64,000 nucleotides of DNA. Origin: Candidatus Zixiibacteriota bacterium (GTDB taxonomy: Bacteria > Zixibacteria > MSB-5A5 > GN15 > JAAZOE01). Below the pieces are notes generated by a model. The model saw only the letters and a program-made list of their open reading frames with translations, was not told the DNA's origin and ran no database searches. Within the stretch, counting starts at the first letter, position 1. Every line of letters starts with the position of its first letter. Below, piece by piece: positions 1 through 9,632 of this stretch. Both the position numbers and the translations under genes were made by a program. The stretch lies in the NCBI GenBank assembly GCA_036480375.1, contig JAZGGI010000003.1:141892-205891 (forward strand), given 5' to 3'.

Positions 1-344
1 CCGTGCGTAAACGAAAACCGGTAATCATCATCCTTGATGTATAAACTCCGGCGCATCCCTTTGGGCTGTTGATGAACGAAACAGAAAATGCAATTGTTAT
101 TGCAAATTTTGATTTTCGTCTTTTCAAATTCCAAACCCAAATCACCACAGGCATAGGCATCGTCGATTTTTATTATTTTCTTCTTTCCATCGATGAAAAA
201 ATCAAGGCGTAATTTATCTTCTGTATTGTAAAAATGAAAATCGATCTCATCGGATACAGGATGCCCATTGACGGCAACCAGGTCGGCTCCCGGTGTGATT
301 TCACCATAAAATGGTGAAGATTTTGTTATCGCGACTACTTTCAT
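1..344 (-). CDS. radical SAM protein, PDZ/DUF512-type (N-terminal part; gene runs off the left edge)
   Basis: Minus-strand ATG at 344-342. Translation MKVVAITKSSPFYGEITPGADLVAVNGHPV...KIKICNNNCIFCFVHQQPKGMRRSLYIKDDDYRFSFTHG is open to position 1. A PDZ-like start is followed by a CxxxCxxC cluster motif (CNNNCIFC). Confidence 0.6.
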   Translation of the reverse strand, partial: MKVVAITKSSPFYGEITPGADLVAVNGHPVSDEIDFHFYNTEDKLRLDFFIDGKKKIIKIDDAYACGDLGLEFEKTKIKICNNNCIFCFVHQQPKGMRRSLYIKDDDYRFSFTH

Positions 345-357
345 AACAATAAAAAAA

Positions 358-429
358 AGCGGGTGATGGGGTTCGAACCCACGACGTCCAGCTTGGGAAG
401 CTGACATTCTACCACTGAATTACACCCGC
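358..429 (-). tRNA. tRNA-Gly (anticodon CCC)
   Basis: The reverse complement GCGGGTGTAATTCAGTGGTAGAATGTCAGCTTCCCAAGCTGGACGTCGTGGGTTCGAACCCCATCACCCGCT folds as a cloverleaf. It has a 7-bp acceptor stem, ATTC/GAAT D stem, anticodon loop TTCCCAA, a TTCGAAC T loop and U73. Confidence 0.9.
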
Positions 430-563
430 TTGGTTTTCTTATCAGCCAGTAAAAAGGTGCGGTGCAGGTATCTTCACCTGCGCCGATCATCCGGCATTAT
501 GTGCGAAAAATCCTGAAAAGAATCTAACTATCGATACAATTTCTGTCAAGCGGCAAGAGTCGA

Positions 564-1289
564 TTATTCGCGATTACGATCTCGTCCGGTCAGCCATACA
601 ACCATAATCGAAATTTCATATAACAAATAGAGCGGCCCCGCCAGGAGAAGCTGGCTAATCAGATCGGGAGGAGTTATAACAGCCGCCAGGATAAATATCC
701 CGACTATCGCGTAACGTCTCCCCTTACCAAGCATCTTATGATCGATAACCCCAATCCGGCCTAATATAAACGATGCCACCGGAAGCTCAAAAACGATTCC
801 AAAAGCTAATACCAGCGCTCCGGCGAATGATATATAATTGCCGATCATGATCATCGGCTTCATATTATCCGTGCCGAATTCCAGCAGGAATTTGACCGCC
901 AGTGGAATAACAAAGAAAAAGCAAAACGACCCGCCCAATAGGAAAAAAATGGTTGATGAAATTACAATTGGAATGACAATTTTAACTTCGCTTTTGAGAA
1001 GCCCCGGTCCGATAAACATCCAGATTTGATACAAGATAAACGGCGATGAGATTATTGCTCCGGCAAACAGGGAAATTTTTATATGCGTCAAAAACGCTTC
1101 GGCCGGAGCCTTGAAATAAACGCCCACTTCCTCAAGCGGCGCCGAGACGACGTTGACCAGCCATTCCGAAAAAAAATAGGCCGCGATCGCCCCGATAAAT
1201 ATCGCCGCGATCGAGCGGAGGATTCTGCGGCGTAATTCCTCGAGATGATCGAGAAACGACATTTCTTTTTCAGGCGGCTTATCAATCAT
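564..1289 (-). CDS. tatC: twin-arginine translocase subunit TatC
   Basis: SFLDHLEELRRRILRS start motif followed by six hydrophobic segments typical of TatC. The start is ambiguous: GTG 1322, ATG 1289 or ATG 1262. Confidence 0.88.
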   Translation of the reverse strand: MIDKPPEKEMSFLDHLEELRRRILRSIAAIFIGAIAAYFFSEWLVNVVSAPLEEVGVYFKAPAEAFLTHIKISLFAGAIISSPFILYQIWMFIGPGLLKSEVKIVIPIVISSTIFFLLGGSFCFFFVIPLAVKFLLEFGTDNMKPMIMIGNYISFAGALVLAFGIVFELPVASFILGRIGVIDHKMLGKGRRYAIVGIFILAAVITPPDLISQLLLAGPLYLLYEISIMVVWLTGRDRNRE

Positions 1290-1454
1290 AATCAGGCCTA
1301 ATAAAAACGGATTATTCACCAAAAGTCAACAAAGCAATTGACGCCAAAACTAAATGAATTAATTTCTGGAATTGTGCTTGATTTATCCATTATCTTGAAA
1401 CAATAATGCGCAAATCAAGTATATTAAAATGTCCATATAAAAGGGAGATTATAA

Positions 1455-2189
1455 ATGAAAACCGTTCTATCTTTCATGCTCTGCTTTATTTCGCTGGCTT
1501 TGTTTACTTCATGTTCCGATGATGATAACCCTGCCAATTCGGTAAAGATTACCGGCTCCGGGAATATTACATCTATCGAAAGAACACTGCCCGATTTTCA
1601 TTCGGTTATTCTTGTTGCCACCGGCAATGTCAACATCGCCAGCGGCTCACAACAGGCGGTTTCGATTTCGGCTGACGACAATTTCCACCAATATATTATC
1701 ACTTCCGTCACTAATGGCATCCTTGTCATCAGTTCCTCGCCCAACACGACTTTTTCAAACAACAATTTGACCGTTAATTTAATGATGACAGATTTGGAAA
1801 ATGTGATCTTGACCGGCATGGGAAATATCGCGGGAACCAACAATTTTCAGGTTGATGTTTTGGACATCGATTTGATTGGCATGGGCAATATTACACTCAA
1901 CGCCGATGTCACCCGTTTGAATTCATTACTTTCCGGAACGGGAAATATTATATTGAGTGGCTCTGCGGTCAATCATTTTTATAATCACCCAGGAGATGGA
2001 AATTTAGTCGCCTTCAATTTAATCACGGATACCACCAACATTAGTCTTGGCGGAGAGGGAAACATTGAAATCTATACCAATGATTATCTCGACGGAATTC
2101 TTAGCGGTTCAGGAACAATCTATTACAAAGGCCAACCATCGATCAACCTTACCTTCACTGGCACCGGGCATTTAATCGATTCTAATTAA
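1455..2189 (+). CDS. lipoprotein with DUF2807/GIN-type (adhesin-head-like) repeats
   Basis: Signal peptide with lipobox LFTSC. Repeated G[ST/M/E]GNI beta-helix-like motifs (GSGNI, GTGNV, GMGNI x2, GTGNI, GEGNI, GSGTI). Confidence 0.7.
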   Translation: MKTVLSFMLCFISLALFTSCSDDDNPANSVKITGSGNITSIERTLPDFHSVILVATGNVNIASGSQQAVSISADDNFHQYIITSVTNGILVISSSPNTTFSNNNLTVNLMMTDLENVILTGMGNIAGTNNFQVDVLDIDLIGMGNITLNADVTRLNSLLSGTGNIILSGSAVNHFYNHPGDGNLVAFNLITDTTNISLGGEGNIEIYTNDYLDGILSGSGTIYYKGQPSINLTFTGTGHLIDSN

Positions 2190-2455
2190 ATCAGCTCGGA
2201 ATCAACCAAAGCAATTCATTGTTACCAGTAAGGCAGAAGTCGAGGAATTTCCAATTCCGAGACTCCTGCCGGAAACGCTCATCCACAATTGGCAAAAGTA
2301 TGCGACGAATTCTGCTCTTCTCAACTGTTCATTGTGAAAGGAAATTTAAAGCTTGACAATTCGATGGTCGCACTGTAACTTATTATTGGTATAATATATC
2401 TACACCTTGAGTTTTCCAAAAGAATATTGCACCGCCTTCAGAAAGCGGGGAATAT

Positions 2456-5113
2456 ATGATCAGAGCGTTGAGAATCCTTTTAATTGTTACAGGTTCATTA
2501 ATTATTTTTTCACAAATCGCTGAGCATTCAAGATGCTTAGGAGCCAACACCCCGCCCCAGACTGACTTATATAAGGTTTATGTAGAATGCAAACAGCATG
2601 CGGACATTCTTTCAGGCTCAGGCGCAGATGTACTTTGGCGGGTTAAAGGCGGCTATCTTGTGCTTGCCGATCAGCAAGTAGAAGAATATTTCGCGTCTTT
2701 CAATCTGGAATTTGAAATTATAAAAAACGATGTCAATCGTGACGGCCTGGCTCTGGATATTTATGGTGATGAGGTAAAACCGGATTCTTATTCTCTGATT
2801 TACGAGGAAGGTAATAATCGGCTTTACGACGTTGGCTCAGCCAGCCAAACAGATTTGTGGAAAAATGGAAGAATGATAACAATCCCGGACGGTAGTTTAC
2901 CGGTGATTTACAAGGATGCATCGCTGTTAATTGCAAAATCTGCTGTAAGCGATCCGTTTATCGATGAATTAATCAGCAAAATCAGCAAAGATTCACTGAT
3001 TTCATATTCCGAGTTTTTTCAATCATATAACGGCAGATATTGTAACACCCGCAACTGGCGACAGGCACAAGCCGGGATAGCCAGTAAATTGACGTCTTTT
3101 GGCTGCGATTCGGTGGTGAATGATACGTTAACAGCGTTAATAGACGGTAGTTTTCTCAAGTGCCGGAATATAATCGCTTATAAGACGGGAACCGATTACC
3201 CCCATGATCAAATCATAATCGGGGCTCATTATGATACATATCCGGAAGATTCTCCCGGAGCCGACGATAATGGATCCGGACTGGTTGCGGTATTGGAAAT
3301 CGCCCGAGCTCTGGCGGATATCGACACAAAAATGACAATTATATTTATCCTTTTTGATGCCGAAGAACATGGTCTTTGGGGATCCATGCATTATGCCCGG
3401 GAGGCGGCAGAAAGAAGTGATAGGATTGTCTGCGTCTTTAATTTGGATATGATTGGCCATTATCTAAACGAAACTGATTTAAAAGTTTTATTTCCAACCT
3501 CCAATAGTGAGGCTTTCGCCCAGGTGTTGTCTGATTTAGCAGTATCCTATGAATCAATTGGTTTGGCCTGCCATATTTCAGCAGGAACCGGTAATACGGA
3601 TCTTATTTCTTTTGACCAATACGGCTTTGACGGCATCGGGATTTATGAATATCTTAAATCTGACATTTATCATTCACCTCATGATAGCACGACCTATCTC
3701 AATTATGATTACATGACGAGAATTACGAAAGCCATTCTTGCTACCGCATATGTTCTCAATAATACAGTCGTGCCCCTTCCCGATCTGATATTCTATTACC
3801 TCGATACTATCCCATCAGTTATGCTTCCGGGGGAGGAATATCCGATAAGAGTGCAAATTGAAGAATACTCCGGCGGGCAACTGGTTCCGGGCACGGCTCT
3901 AATCCATTATCAAATTGACGATGGAGAGTTCTATTCTGAGCCATTGATCGATGAAGGCGGGGGAAACTTTGGATTTTCCATGCCCGCTCCTGATTGCCGG
4001 AGCCGACTGAAGTATAATATAAGCGCCGAAGAATATTCCGGCGGAGTAATTTATTTCCCTTCATCAGACGAATTCCACGAATCATTGGTGTACACTGATG
4101 TAAATATTATGTTACAAGATAATTTTAATACCGATATGGGTTGGACAGTATCAGGTAATGCCAGTCATGGACATTGGGAACGATGGACAACTAATCGCCA
4201 ACCATATCTTAATCAAGATCACGATTTCGATGGTTCGGGAAAGTGCTATCTAACGGAGGCTGATACCTCTACCTATCAAAATCAATTTGAGAATGATGTA
4301 GATGACGGATATACAATTCTCGATTCACCTCTATTCGATGCCACATCCGGTGATGTTGTTATTGATTATGCCGTATGGTATAGAAACTGGTCTTCCAGCA
4401 AAATAAATCAAGATGATATTTTTAAAATATCCCTTATCCATGGTGAACGACTGTATCTTGTAAAAACCCTTGGCCCGATTGAAGGCGCAGACGGCGAATG
4501 GCTTGCATATACGCTCCGGGTTAATGATAAACTGACTCCAACAGAGCCAATAGGCATCCGATTTGTGGCTTCAGACTATGGATTATTTTCGTGGGTTGAG
4601 GCGGCAGTAGATGCAGTTACCGTAACCTGCTATTCTTATTCTCCGAAAATAATAACGGACTCATTGCCCGAAGCCACGCTTGACTCTGCCTATATTCATG
4701 AGATGGAAGCTGTGGGATGCGCTGAACCATTTATCTGGGCGGACAAAAATGGTGATCTTGCCGGTACCGGTTTAAGCTTATCATCAGATGGATTGCTCGC
4801 CGGAATACCAACCGTTTCAGCTCCCATTAATTTTACAGCAGTTGTTGAAGATTTGGAAGGTTTGACCGGTGAATGTCAATTCACTTTGAATATCAATTTT
4901 GATTACTTCTGCGGTGATGCCAATTCTGACGAAAGTATAAATATCGGGGATGCCGTCTATATAATAAATCACATTTTCAAAAATGGCCCGGCGCCCGATC
5001 CAATTCAATCATGCAATGTAAATTGCGATGGCGCTTGTAATGTCGGTGATGCCGTATATTTAATCAATCACGTTTTCAAAGGCGGCAATATTCCTTGCGA
5101 GGATTGCCTATAA
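2456..5113 (+). CDS. secreted M28-family aminopeptidase with C-terminal dockerin-like repeats
   Basis: N-terminal signal. M28 zinc-ligand motifs GAHYDT...GADDNGSG...FILFDAEEHGLWGS. The C-terminus carries two Ca-binding dockerin repeats: GDANSDESINIGDAVYIINHIF and NVNCDGACNVGDAVYLINHVF. Confidence 0.85.
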   Translation: MIRALRILLIVTGSLIIFSQIAEHSRCLGANTPPQTDLYKVYVECKQHADILSGSGADVLWRVKGGYLVLADQQVEEYFASFNLEFEIIKNDVNRDGLALDIYGDEVKPDSYSLIYEEGNNRLYDVGSASQTDLWKNGRMITIPDGSLPVIYKDASLLIAKSAVSDPFIDELISKISKDSLISYSEFFQSYNGRYCNTRNWRQAQAGIASKLTSFGCDSVVNDTLTALIDGSFLKCRNIIAYKTGTDYPHDQIIIGAHYDTYPEDSPGADDNGSGLVAVLEIARALADIDTKMTIIFILFDAEEHGLWGSMHYAREAAERSDRIVCVFNLDMIGHYLNETDLKVLFPTSNSEAFAQVLSDLAVSYESIGLACHISAGTGNTDLISFDQYGFDGIGIYEYLKSDIYHSPHDSTTYLNYDYMTRITKAILATAYVLNNTVVPLPDLIFYYLDTIPSVMLPGEEYPIRVQIEEYSGGQLVPGTALIHYQIDDGEFYSEPLIDEGGGNFGFSMPAPDCRSRLKYNISAEEYSGGVIYFPSSDEFHESLVYTDVNIMLQDNFNTDMGWTVSGNASHGHWERWTTNRQPYLNQDHDFDGSGKCYLTEADTSTYQNQFENDVDDGYTILDSPLFDATSGDVVIDYAVWYRNWSSSKINQDDIFKISLIHGERLYLVKTLGPIEGADGEWLAYTLRVNDKLTPTEPIGIRFVASDYGLFSWVEAAVDAVTVTCYSYSPKIITDSLPEATLDSAYIHEMEAVGCAEPFIWADKNGDLAGTGLSLSSDGLLAGIPTVSAPINFTAVVEDLEGLTGECQFTLNINFDYFCGDANSDESINIGDAVYIINHIFKNGPAPDPIQSCNVNCDGACNVGDAVYLINHVFKGGNIPCEDCL

Positions 5114-5202
5114 ATCAATATCTGACCCGCAAACCCATGAAGGACTTGGCTATATAAAAATACCCAGAGATTTCGGCACCCACATTCCGGAATAATTTCA
5201 GC

Positions 5203-5244
5203 TACTTCAAGAGCTTTTTGATTTCTTCGAGGACCGGTGGCCCA
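5203..5244 (-). other. relic copy of the nrdR 3' terminus (non-functional fragment)
   Basis: The minus-strand reading ...PPVLEEIKKLLK* parallels the intact nrdR end ...EFLEEIKKLLK* (5874-5916). By hand alignment 25 of the 30 nt counted from the aligned stop codons are identical. Confidence 0.4.
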
Positions 5245-5632
5245 TCCGAAGGAACTAAATCCCTCGGGTGTCTTCCCACTCGACGCATCAACATTTATTC
5301 CACATAATCCCCATTATTCCGGAATTCATCCTTATATGTAGATGAAACATATTACAATTAAGCAATTGCCCGCAGGGGCGCGGTTTCTGCGCTCGCGCGG
5401 ATATATTGACTATGTTTTTTGCGGGCCGGGAAACCCGGCACCCACAGAAAAACAGGCCTTCGTTAATTTTTCCCCTCTTGAGAGGGGTGCCCGAAGGGCG
5501 GGGTGTGTTATGAATCACCACCGAGTTGATATGACCCAAAACGTTAATCTGAGGAAACAAACCCATTTTTCCAGCAAATGTGGACACATGCCGGTCATCA
5601 AATCTTTGGCCAAAAATCCGGGTCATCTACGC

Positions 5633-5721
5633 GACAGCCAAAAAGGGATGATATCCCCGACAGCCAAAAAGGGATGATATCCCCGACACCAAAAAGGGAT
5701 GATATCCCCGACAGCCAAAAA
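5633..5721. repeat. tandem direct repeat, 26-bp unit x about 3.5
   Basis: GACAGCCAAAAAGGGATGATATCCCC occurs at 5633-5658 and 5659-5684. A 25-nt variant lacking one G is at 5685-5709, and a partial copy at 5710-5721. Each unit contains a GGGAT-GAT-ATCCC mini-hairpin. Confidence 0.9.
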
Positions 5722-5873
5722 CAGGCCCTTGCCTGAAAAAGGACAAAACGAACCCAATTTGCTGTAACTAAAATAGAGGTATGATACTGCAAGGATTTTT
5801 CGTAAAAAATAATGTGGATAACTTCGCCAATTCCGGTGATTGGAGTCCGTCCCCGCAAACCAGCCACCGATAT

Positions 5874-6323
5874 TTATTTCAAAAGCTTTTTAATCTCTTC
5901 GAGAAATTCGGTGGTGTCGGCGAATTTACGATAGACCGACGCGAAACGGACATAAGCGATCTCGTCAACCTCTTTGAGCTTGTCCATTATCATCTCACCG
6001 ACATATTTTGAGGTTACTTCGTTACGTGACAATTCCTGAAGCGACGTTTCAATCTCGGCCACTATCTCCTCGATTTTCTTGGAGCTTACCGGCCGTTTGT
6101 TGCAAGCGAGTTTGATGCCGTGAATGATTTTATTGCGGTCGAACGCTTCGCGGGTATCGTCGGTCTTGACGACAGTCAGCGTTACCGCTTCGATATATTC
6201 ATAAGTCGTAAACCGCTCGGAGCATTTGAGGCATTCCCGGCGGCGGCGCACCGCCCGGCCGTCCTGCACCGGCCGCGAATCGACGACCTTGTTTTCTTCA
6301 TGGCTGCAAAAGGGGCATTTCAT
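5874..6323 (-). CDS. nrdR: transcriptional repressor NrdR
   Basis: MKCPFCSHEENKVVDSRPVQDGRAVRRRRECLKCSERFTTYE zinc ribbon plus an ATP-cone. Full length for the family. Confidence 0.95.
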   Translation of the reverse strand: MKCPFCSHEENKVVDSRPVQDGRAVRRRRECLKCSERFTTYEYIEAVTLTVVKTDDTREAFDRNKIIHGIKLACNKRPVSSKKIEEIVAEIETSLQELSRNEVTSKYVGEMIMDKLKEVDEIAYVRFASVYRKFADTTEFLEEIKKLLK

Positions 6324-6383
6324 GCGGTTTTCGTCACCTTATCAATAATATTCGCGAATCCAATTGTATATGATAAAAATAGA

Positions 6384-7154
6384 TTACGCAACCACAATCT
6401 CAAAATCGGATATTTTTTTGAGGGAAAAATAATCAAACGCCGAGCCGTTGCGTACGGCGATCTCGAGATGCCCGCCCGAACCGATATAGGCCACAAGTTT
6501 CCCCGATTTGACATCCGAAAAACATTTTTGGATTGGACCGACCTCTTCCCCGTTAACGCTGACACTTTTCTTATCCAAATTCCGCGTCGATTCGATATTG
6601 GTAATCATATTCCCAAACCGGTCAACCCAGATAACCCGCCCAAAGATTTTATTTTTCTTCCGGATGGGCTTAATATTCGGCAATTCTGATATGGTCTTAC
6701 TGGCACGACCAAGGCATGACGGATTAATCCCTAAAGACAGATAAGCCGCCGCCGGGGCCATAATATCTCGTCCATGAAACACCGGCGATATTTCCGCGAG
6801 GGCATATTTGCGATTGGTTACCGAATGAATAGAAATAATTTCCTTATTTGGAATAAACGACAGCAACCCGTTATCGGGAGCGATAAATTTATATTTGCAT
6901 GTGGTTACAGCAATGATTTTCCGTTTGCTCCCTACGCCCGGATCGACAACCGCGACGTGCACCGTTCCCGGAGGAAAATACCGGTGATGAGTTTTGATCA
7001 GATACCATCCCCCGGCAATATCCTGCGGAGGAATTTCATGGCTGATCGTGACAACCCTGGCATTCGGATTAATGCCGTATATAACGCCTTCAAGAACGCC
7101 CTGATAGCCGTCACAACTTCCAAAATCGGTCGTGAGAGTAATTACAGATCCCAA
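6384..7154 (-). CDS. SAM hydroxide adenosyltransferase / SAM hydrolase family protein (DUF62, chlorinase/fluorinase-like)
   Basis: ITLTTDFGSCDGYQGVLEGVI...HVAVVDPGVG...APDNGLL motifs characteristic of the DUF62 family. Confidence 0.85.
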   Translation of the reverse strand: MGSVITLTTDFGSCDGYQGVLEGVIYGINPNARVVTISHEIPPQDIAGGWYLIKTHHRYFPPGTVHVAVVDPGVGSKRKIIAVTTCKYKFIAPDNGLLSFIPNKEIISIHSVTNRKYALAEISPVFHGRDIMAPAAAYLSLGINPSCLGRASKTISELPNIKPIRKKNKIFGRVIWVDRFGNMITNIESTRNLDKKSVSVNGEEVGPIQKCFSDVKSGKLVAYIGSGGHLEIAVRNGSAFDYFSLKKISDFEIVVA

Positions 7155-7561
7155 AAATTGAACCCCGTCTTTGGATCTTTTTTACGATTGAGCTTTTTAT
7201 TTAATACGCGGATAAAAACTTCGAGCGTAACCGCGACCTCGCCTTTGAAAAAATGCCCTCCGGTGAGTTTGTAATTGGAATCAGCTACGGTAATATGGGC
7301 GTGCACGAATGGCCTTTTGTTAATATAACTGATATTGCCGATCAGGCTGACGACTTCGATCGTTTTATTAATTTGTTTGGTTTGATACTTATTACGGCGG
7401 GTATCGAAATATCCGATTTGAATATTTCTGACGGCTCCAATGCCCTGCAAAACACCGGCGGGGATTTTCTGTTTGGCAATAAAAGCCTGAAGACTTTCGA
7501 TTACCTCTTCACCCTTGTCGAGACGGACAAGAAAACCACCGGTGACTTTGCGAAATTTCAT
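7142..7561 (-). CDS. PPC (DUF296) domain DNA-binding-like protein
   Basis: Length and the pattern GGFLVRLDKGEEVIESL...GIGAV...HAHITVAD...GGH match PPC/DUF296 proteins. Confidence 0.75.
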   Translation of the reverse strand: MKFRKVTGGFLVRLDKGEEVIESLQAFIAKQKIPAGVLQGIGAVRNIQIGYFDTRRNKYQTKQINKTIEVVSLIGNISYINKRPFVHAHITVADSNYKLTGGHFFKGEVAVTLEVFIRVLNKKLNRKKDPKTGFNFWDL

Positions 7562-8005
7562 TTATTTATCTTCTTCTTCCTCGACTTCCTCCTCTTTAGC
7601 AACTGACTTATCTTCGTCGCCCGATACGTCTTCGCCCTCTTCGTCCTCATCAAGATCGAGATCTTCATCATCTATTTCAAGATCGTCGACATTGATTTCT
7701 TTTCCGGCCAGCCAATCGAGATAGTCTGGATTTCCGGTGGTTATATCATAGGCAATAAACTCGGGAACCTCGTATGGATGAATTTCACGAACTCGCTGGA
7801 TTAGCTCGTCGGTCTTTTCGGACATGAATTTCACGATCAGCAAAGATTCATGCGCCTTTTCGACCTGGCCTTCCCAGCGGTAAAGTGACAGCATTTGATC
7901 GATAATGTTAACGCAGGCCGCCAACTCTTCTTTAACCAGAGTTTGAGCAATCTGCTCGGCGACTTCCCCCGGCGCGGTAATATAACCAATGCGGTATTCG
8001 CTCAT
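7562..8005 (-). CDS. cutA: divalent-cation tolerance protein CutA with acidic C-terminal tail
   Basis: CutA1 core (AACVNII...SLYRWEGQVE...ESLLIVK...IHPYEVPEFIA) followed by a ~45-aa D/E-rich tail. Confidence 0.85.
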   Translation of the reverse strand: MSEYRIGYITAPGEVAEQIAQTLVKEELAACVNIIDQMLSLYRWEGQVEKAHESLLIVKFMSEKTDELIQRVREIHPYEVPEFIAYDITTGNPDYLDWLAGKEINVDDLEIDDEDLDLDEDEEGEDVSGDEDKSVAKEEEVEEEEDK

Positions 8006-8307
8006 TTTTGCAGCTTTCTATTTAAGACGTTCTCAACACTTTCAATTTTTCCGTCCAGCCTTTTACGGGCGCCTTTGCGGTCATCAATCGTAATCGAGAG
8101 ATAAACCCGATTATGCGCTCTCCGCATGCTGTCACGGCATTTCTTAATTAGAGCTATCACCTCGTCCCAGCTTCCTTCGACCTGAGTTGACATCGAAGTG
8201 AAGCGGTAAGTAAGGCCAGATTTATCGATAATGTCAAGTATTTTCGCAACATCTTTTGATAAAGATTCCCTGGCTCCGACCGGAAATATGGTAAACTGCG
8301 CGATCAT
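8002..8307 (-). CDS. MTH1187/YkoF family thiamine-binding-like protein (DUF77)
   Basis: The pattern FTIFPVGARESLSKDVAKILDIIDKSGLTYRFTSMSTQVEGSWDEV matches the family. 101 aa. Confidence 0.8.
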   Translation of the reverse strand: MIAQFTIFPVGARESLSKDVAKILDIIDKSGLTYRFTSMSTQVEGSWDEVIALIKKCRDSMRRAHNRVYLSITIDDRKGARKRLDGKIESVENVLNRKLQK

Positions 8308-8363
8308 TTCTCAATTCTCCTTTTTATGCGACTCCCCATAGATACGCAGCAATCTCCAATCCG

Positions 8364-9629
8364 TTATTGCTGTCTTTCAACATATAGCGGAAATTTCGCG
8401 CAAAATTGCCGGACTTCTTCGGCCACCACGGCATATACTTCTTTTTCTCCGAGATTTTCAACAACTCGGGCGATAAACCCGGCTATCTGATCCATCTCGG
8501 GTTCTTTCATTCCTCGCGTTGTCACGGCCGGAGTCCCCAGCCGGATTCCCGAAGTCACAAACGGCTTGGCCGGATCAAACGGCACCATATTTTTATTGGC
8601 CGTGATATTGGCCTTATCCAGCGCCCTCTCAACCATTTTGCCGGTAATCTTTTTGCCGTCGCCCCGTTTCTGACCAATAAACGACATTAGCATTAAATGG
8701 GTATCGGTTCCGCCGGATACCAGTTTGATACCTTTATCAATCAAAGATTGAGCCAACTGAGCGGCATTGGCAACTATCTGCTTTTGATAAGATTTGAAAT
8801 CATCGGTCATCGCTTCTTTGAAAGCGACCGCTTTGGCGGCAATAATATGCATCAAAGGTCCGCCCTGAATGCCCGGCATGACCGTTTTATCCAATTCTTC
8901 GGCGTATTTCGCTTTGCACATAATCATCCCGCCCCGCGGACCTCGGAGGGTCTTATGAGTCGTGGTCGTGACAAAATCGGCAGACGGAACCGGCGAAGGA
9001 TGCAACCCGGCAACAATCAAACCGGCGATATGAGCGATATCAACCATCAGGTAAGCACCGACGGAATCGGCGGCTTCGCGGAATTTCTCAAAATCAAGCG
9101 TTCGAGGATAAGCTGACGCACCCGCAACAATTATCCTGGGTTTTACTTCCTCAACCTGCTTTTTCAACGCGTCGTAGTCAATAACTTCGGTTTCGGGATC
9201 AACCTGATATGGAACGATGTTATAAAATCGACCAGTAAAATTAATCGGATGACCGTGAGTTAGGTGTCCTCCATGGGAAAGATCCAGCCCCATGACGGTA
9301 TCGCCCGGATTCAAGACGGAAAAATAAACGGCCATATTTGCCTGAGAGCCGGAATGAGGCTGAACGTTGACATGCTCCGCGCCGAACAATTCTTTAGCCC
9401 GGTCGCGGGCCAGGTTTTCAGCCACATCGACATGCTCGCATCCGCCATAATATCTTTTCCCAGGGTAACCTTCGGCGTATTTATTGGTCATCACACCGCC
9501 GGCGGCTTCAAGAACCGCCTCGGAAACAAAATTTTCACTGGCGATCAGTTCCAGCTTAAAAGCCTGTCTTTTGGCCTCTGACGTCAGCGCCTCATAAAGT
9601 TCCGGGTCAGTTTGTTTTATATGAGACAT
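8364..9629 (-). CDS. glyA: serine hydroxymethyltransferase
   Basis: Full-length SHMT with the [17 protein letters not shown]-lysine motif. Confidence 0.97.
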   Translation of the reverse strand: MSHIKQTDPELYEALTSEAKRQAFKLELIASENFVSEAVLEAAGGVMTNKYAEGYPGKRYYGGCEHVDVAENLARDRAKELFGAEHVNVQPHSGSQANMAVYFSVLNPGDTVMGLDLSHGGHLTHGHPINFTGRFYNIVPYQVDPETEVIDYDALKKQVEEVKPRIIVAGASAYPRTLDFEKFREAADSVGAYLMVDIAHIAGLIVAGLHPSPVPSADFVTTTTHKTLRGPRGGMIMCKAKYAEELDKTVMPGIQGGPLMHIIAAKAVAFKEAMTDDFKSYQKQIVANAAQLAQSLIDKGIKLVSGGTDTHLMLMSFIGQKRGDGKKITGKMVERALDKANITANKNMVPFDPAKPFVTSGIRLGTPAVTTRGMKEPEMDQIAGFIARVVENLGEKEVYAVVAEEVRQFCAKFPLYVERQQ

Positions 9630-9632
9630 TAA

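Noticed and set aside
2231-2270. Long imperfect hairpin after the DUF2807 gene as a terminator
   Set aside because: About 15 of 18 positions pair, but no U-tract follows. It is too weak to call.
5633-5721. Possible mini-CRISPR array
   Set aside because: The units are directly abutting with no spacers, only about 3.5 copies are present, and there are no cas genes. It is a plain tandem repeat.
5288-5867. ORFs 5288-5626(-), 5342-5677(+) and 5598-5867(-) in the nrdR-proximal gene desert
   Set aside because: They overlap each other on opposite strands. Their translations are low-complexity or merely reflect the tandem repeat (FWLSGISSLFG twice). No start context or motifs. Treated as non-coding.
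7515-7724. Ser-rich 69-aa ORF
   Set aside because: It is a mirror image of the GAA/GAT-rich acidic tail of cutA on the opposite strand, a compositional artefact.
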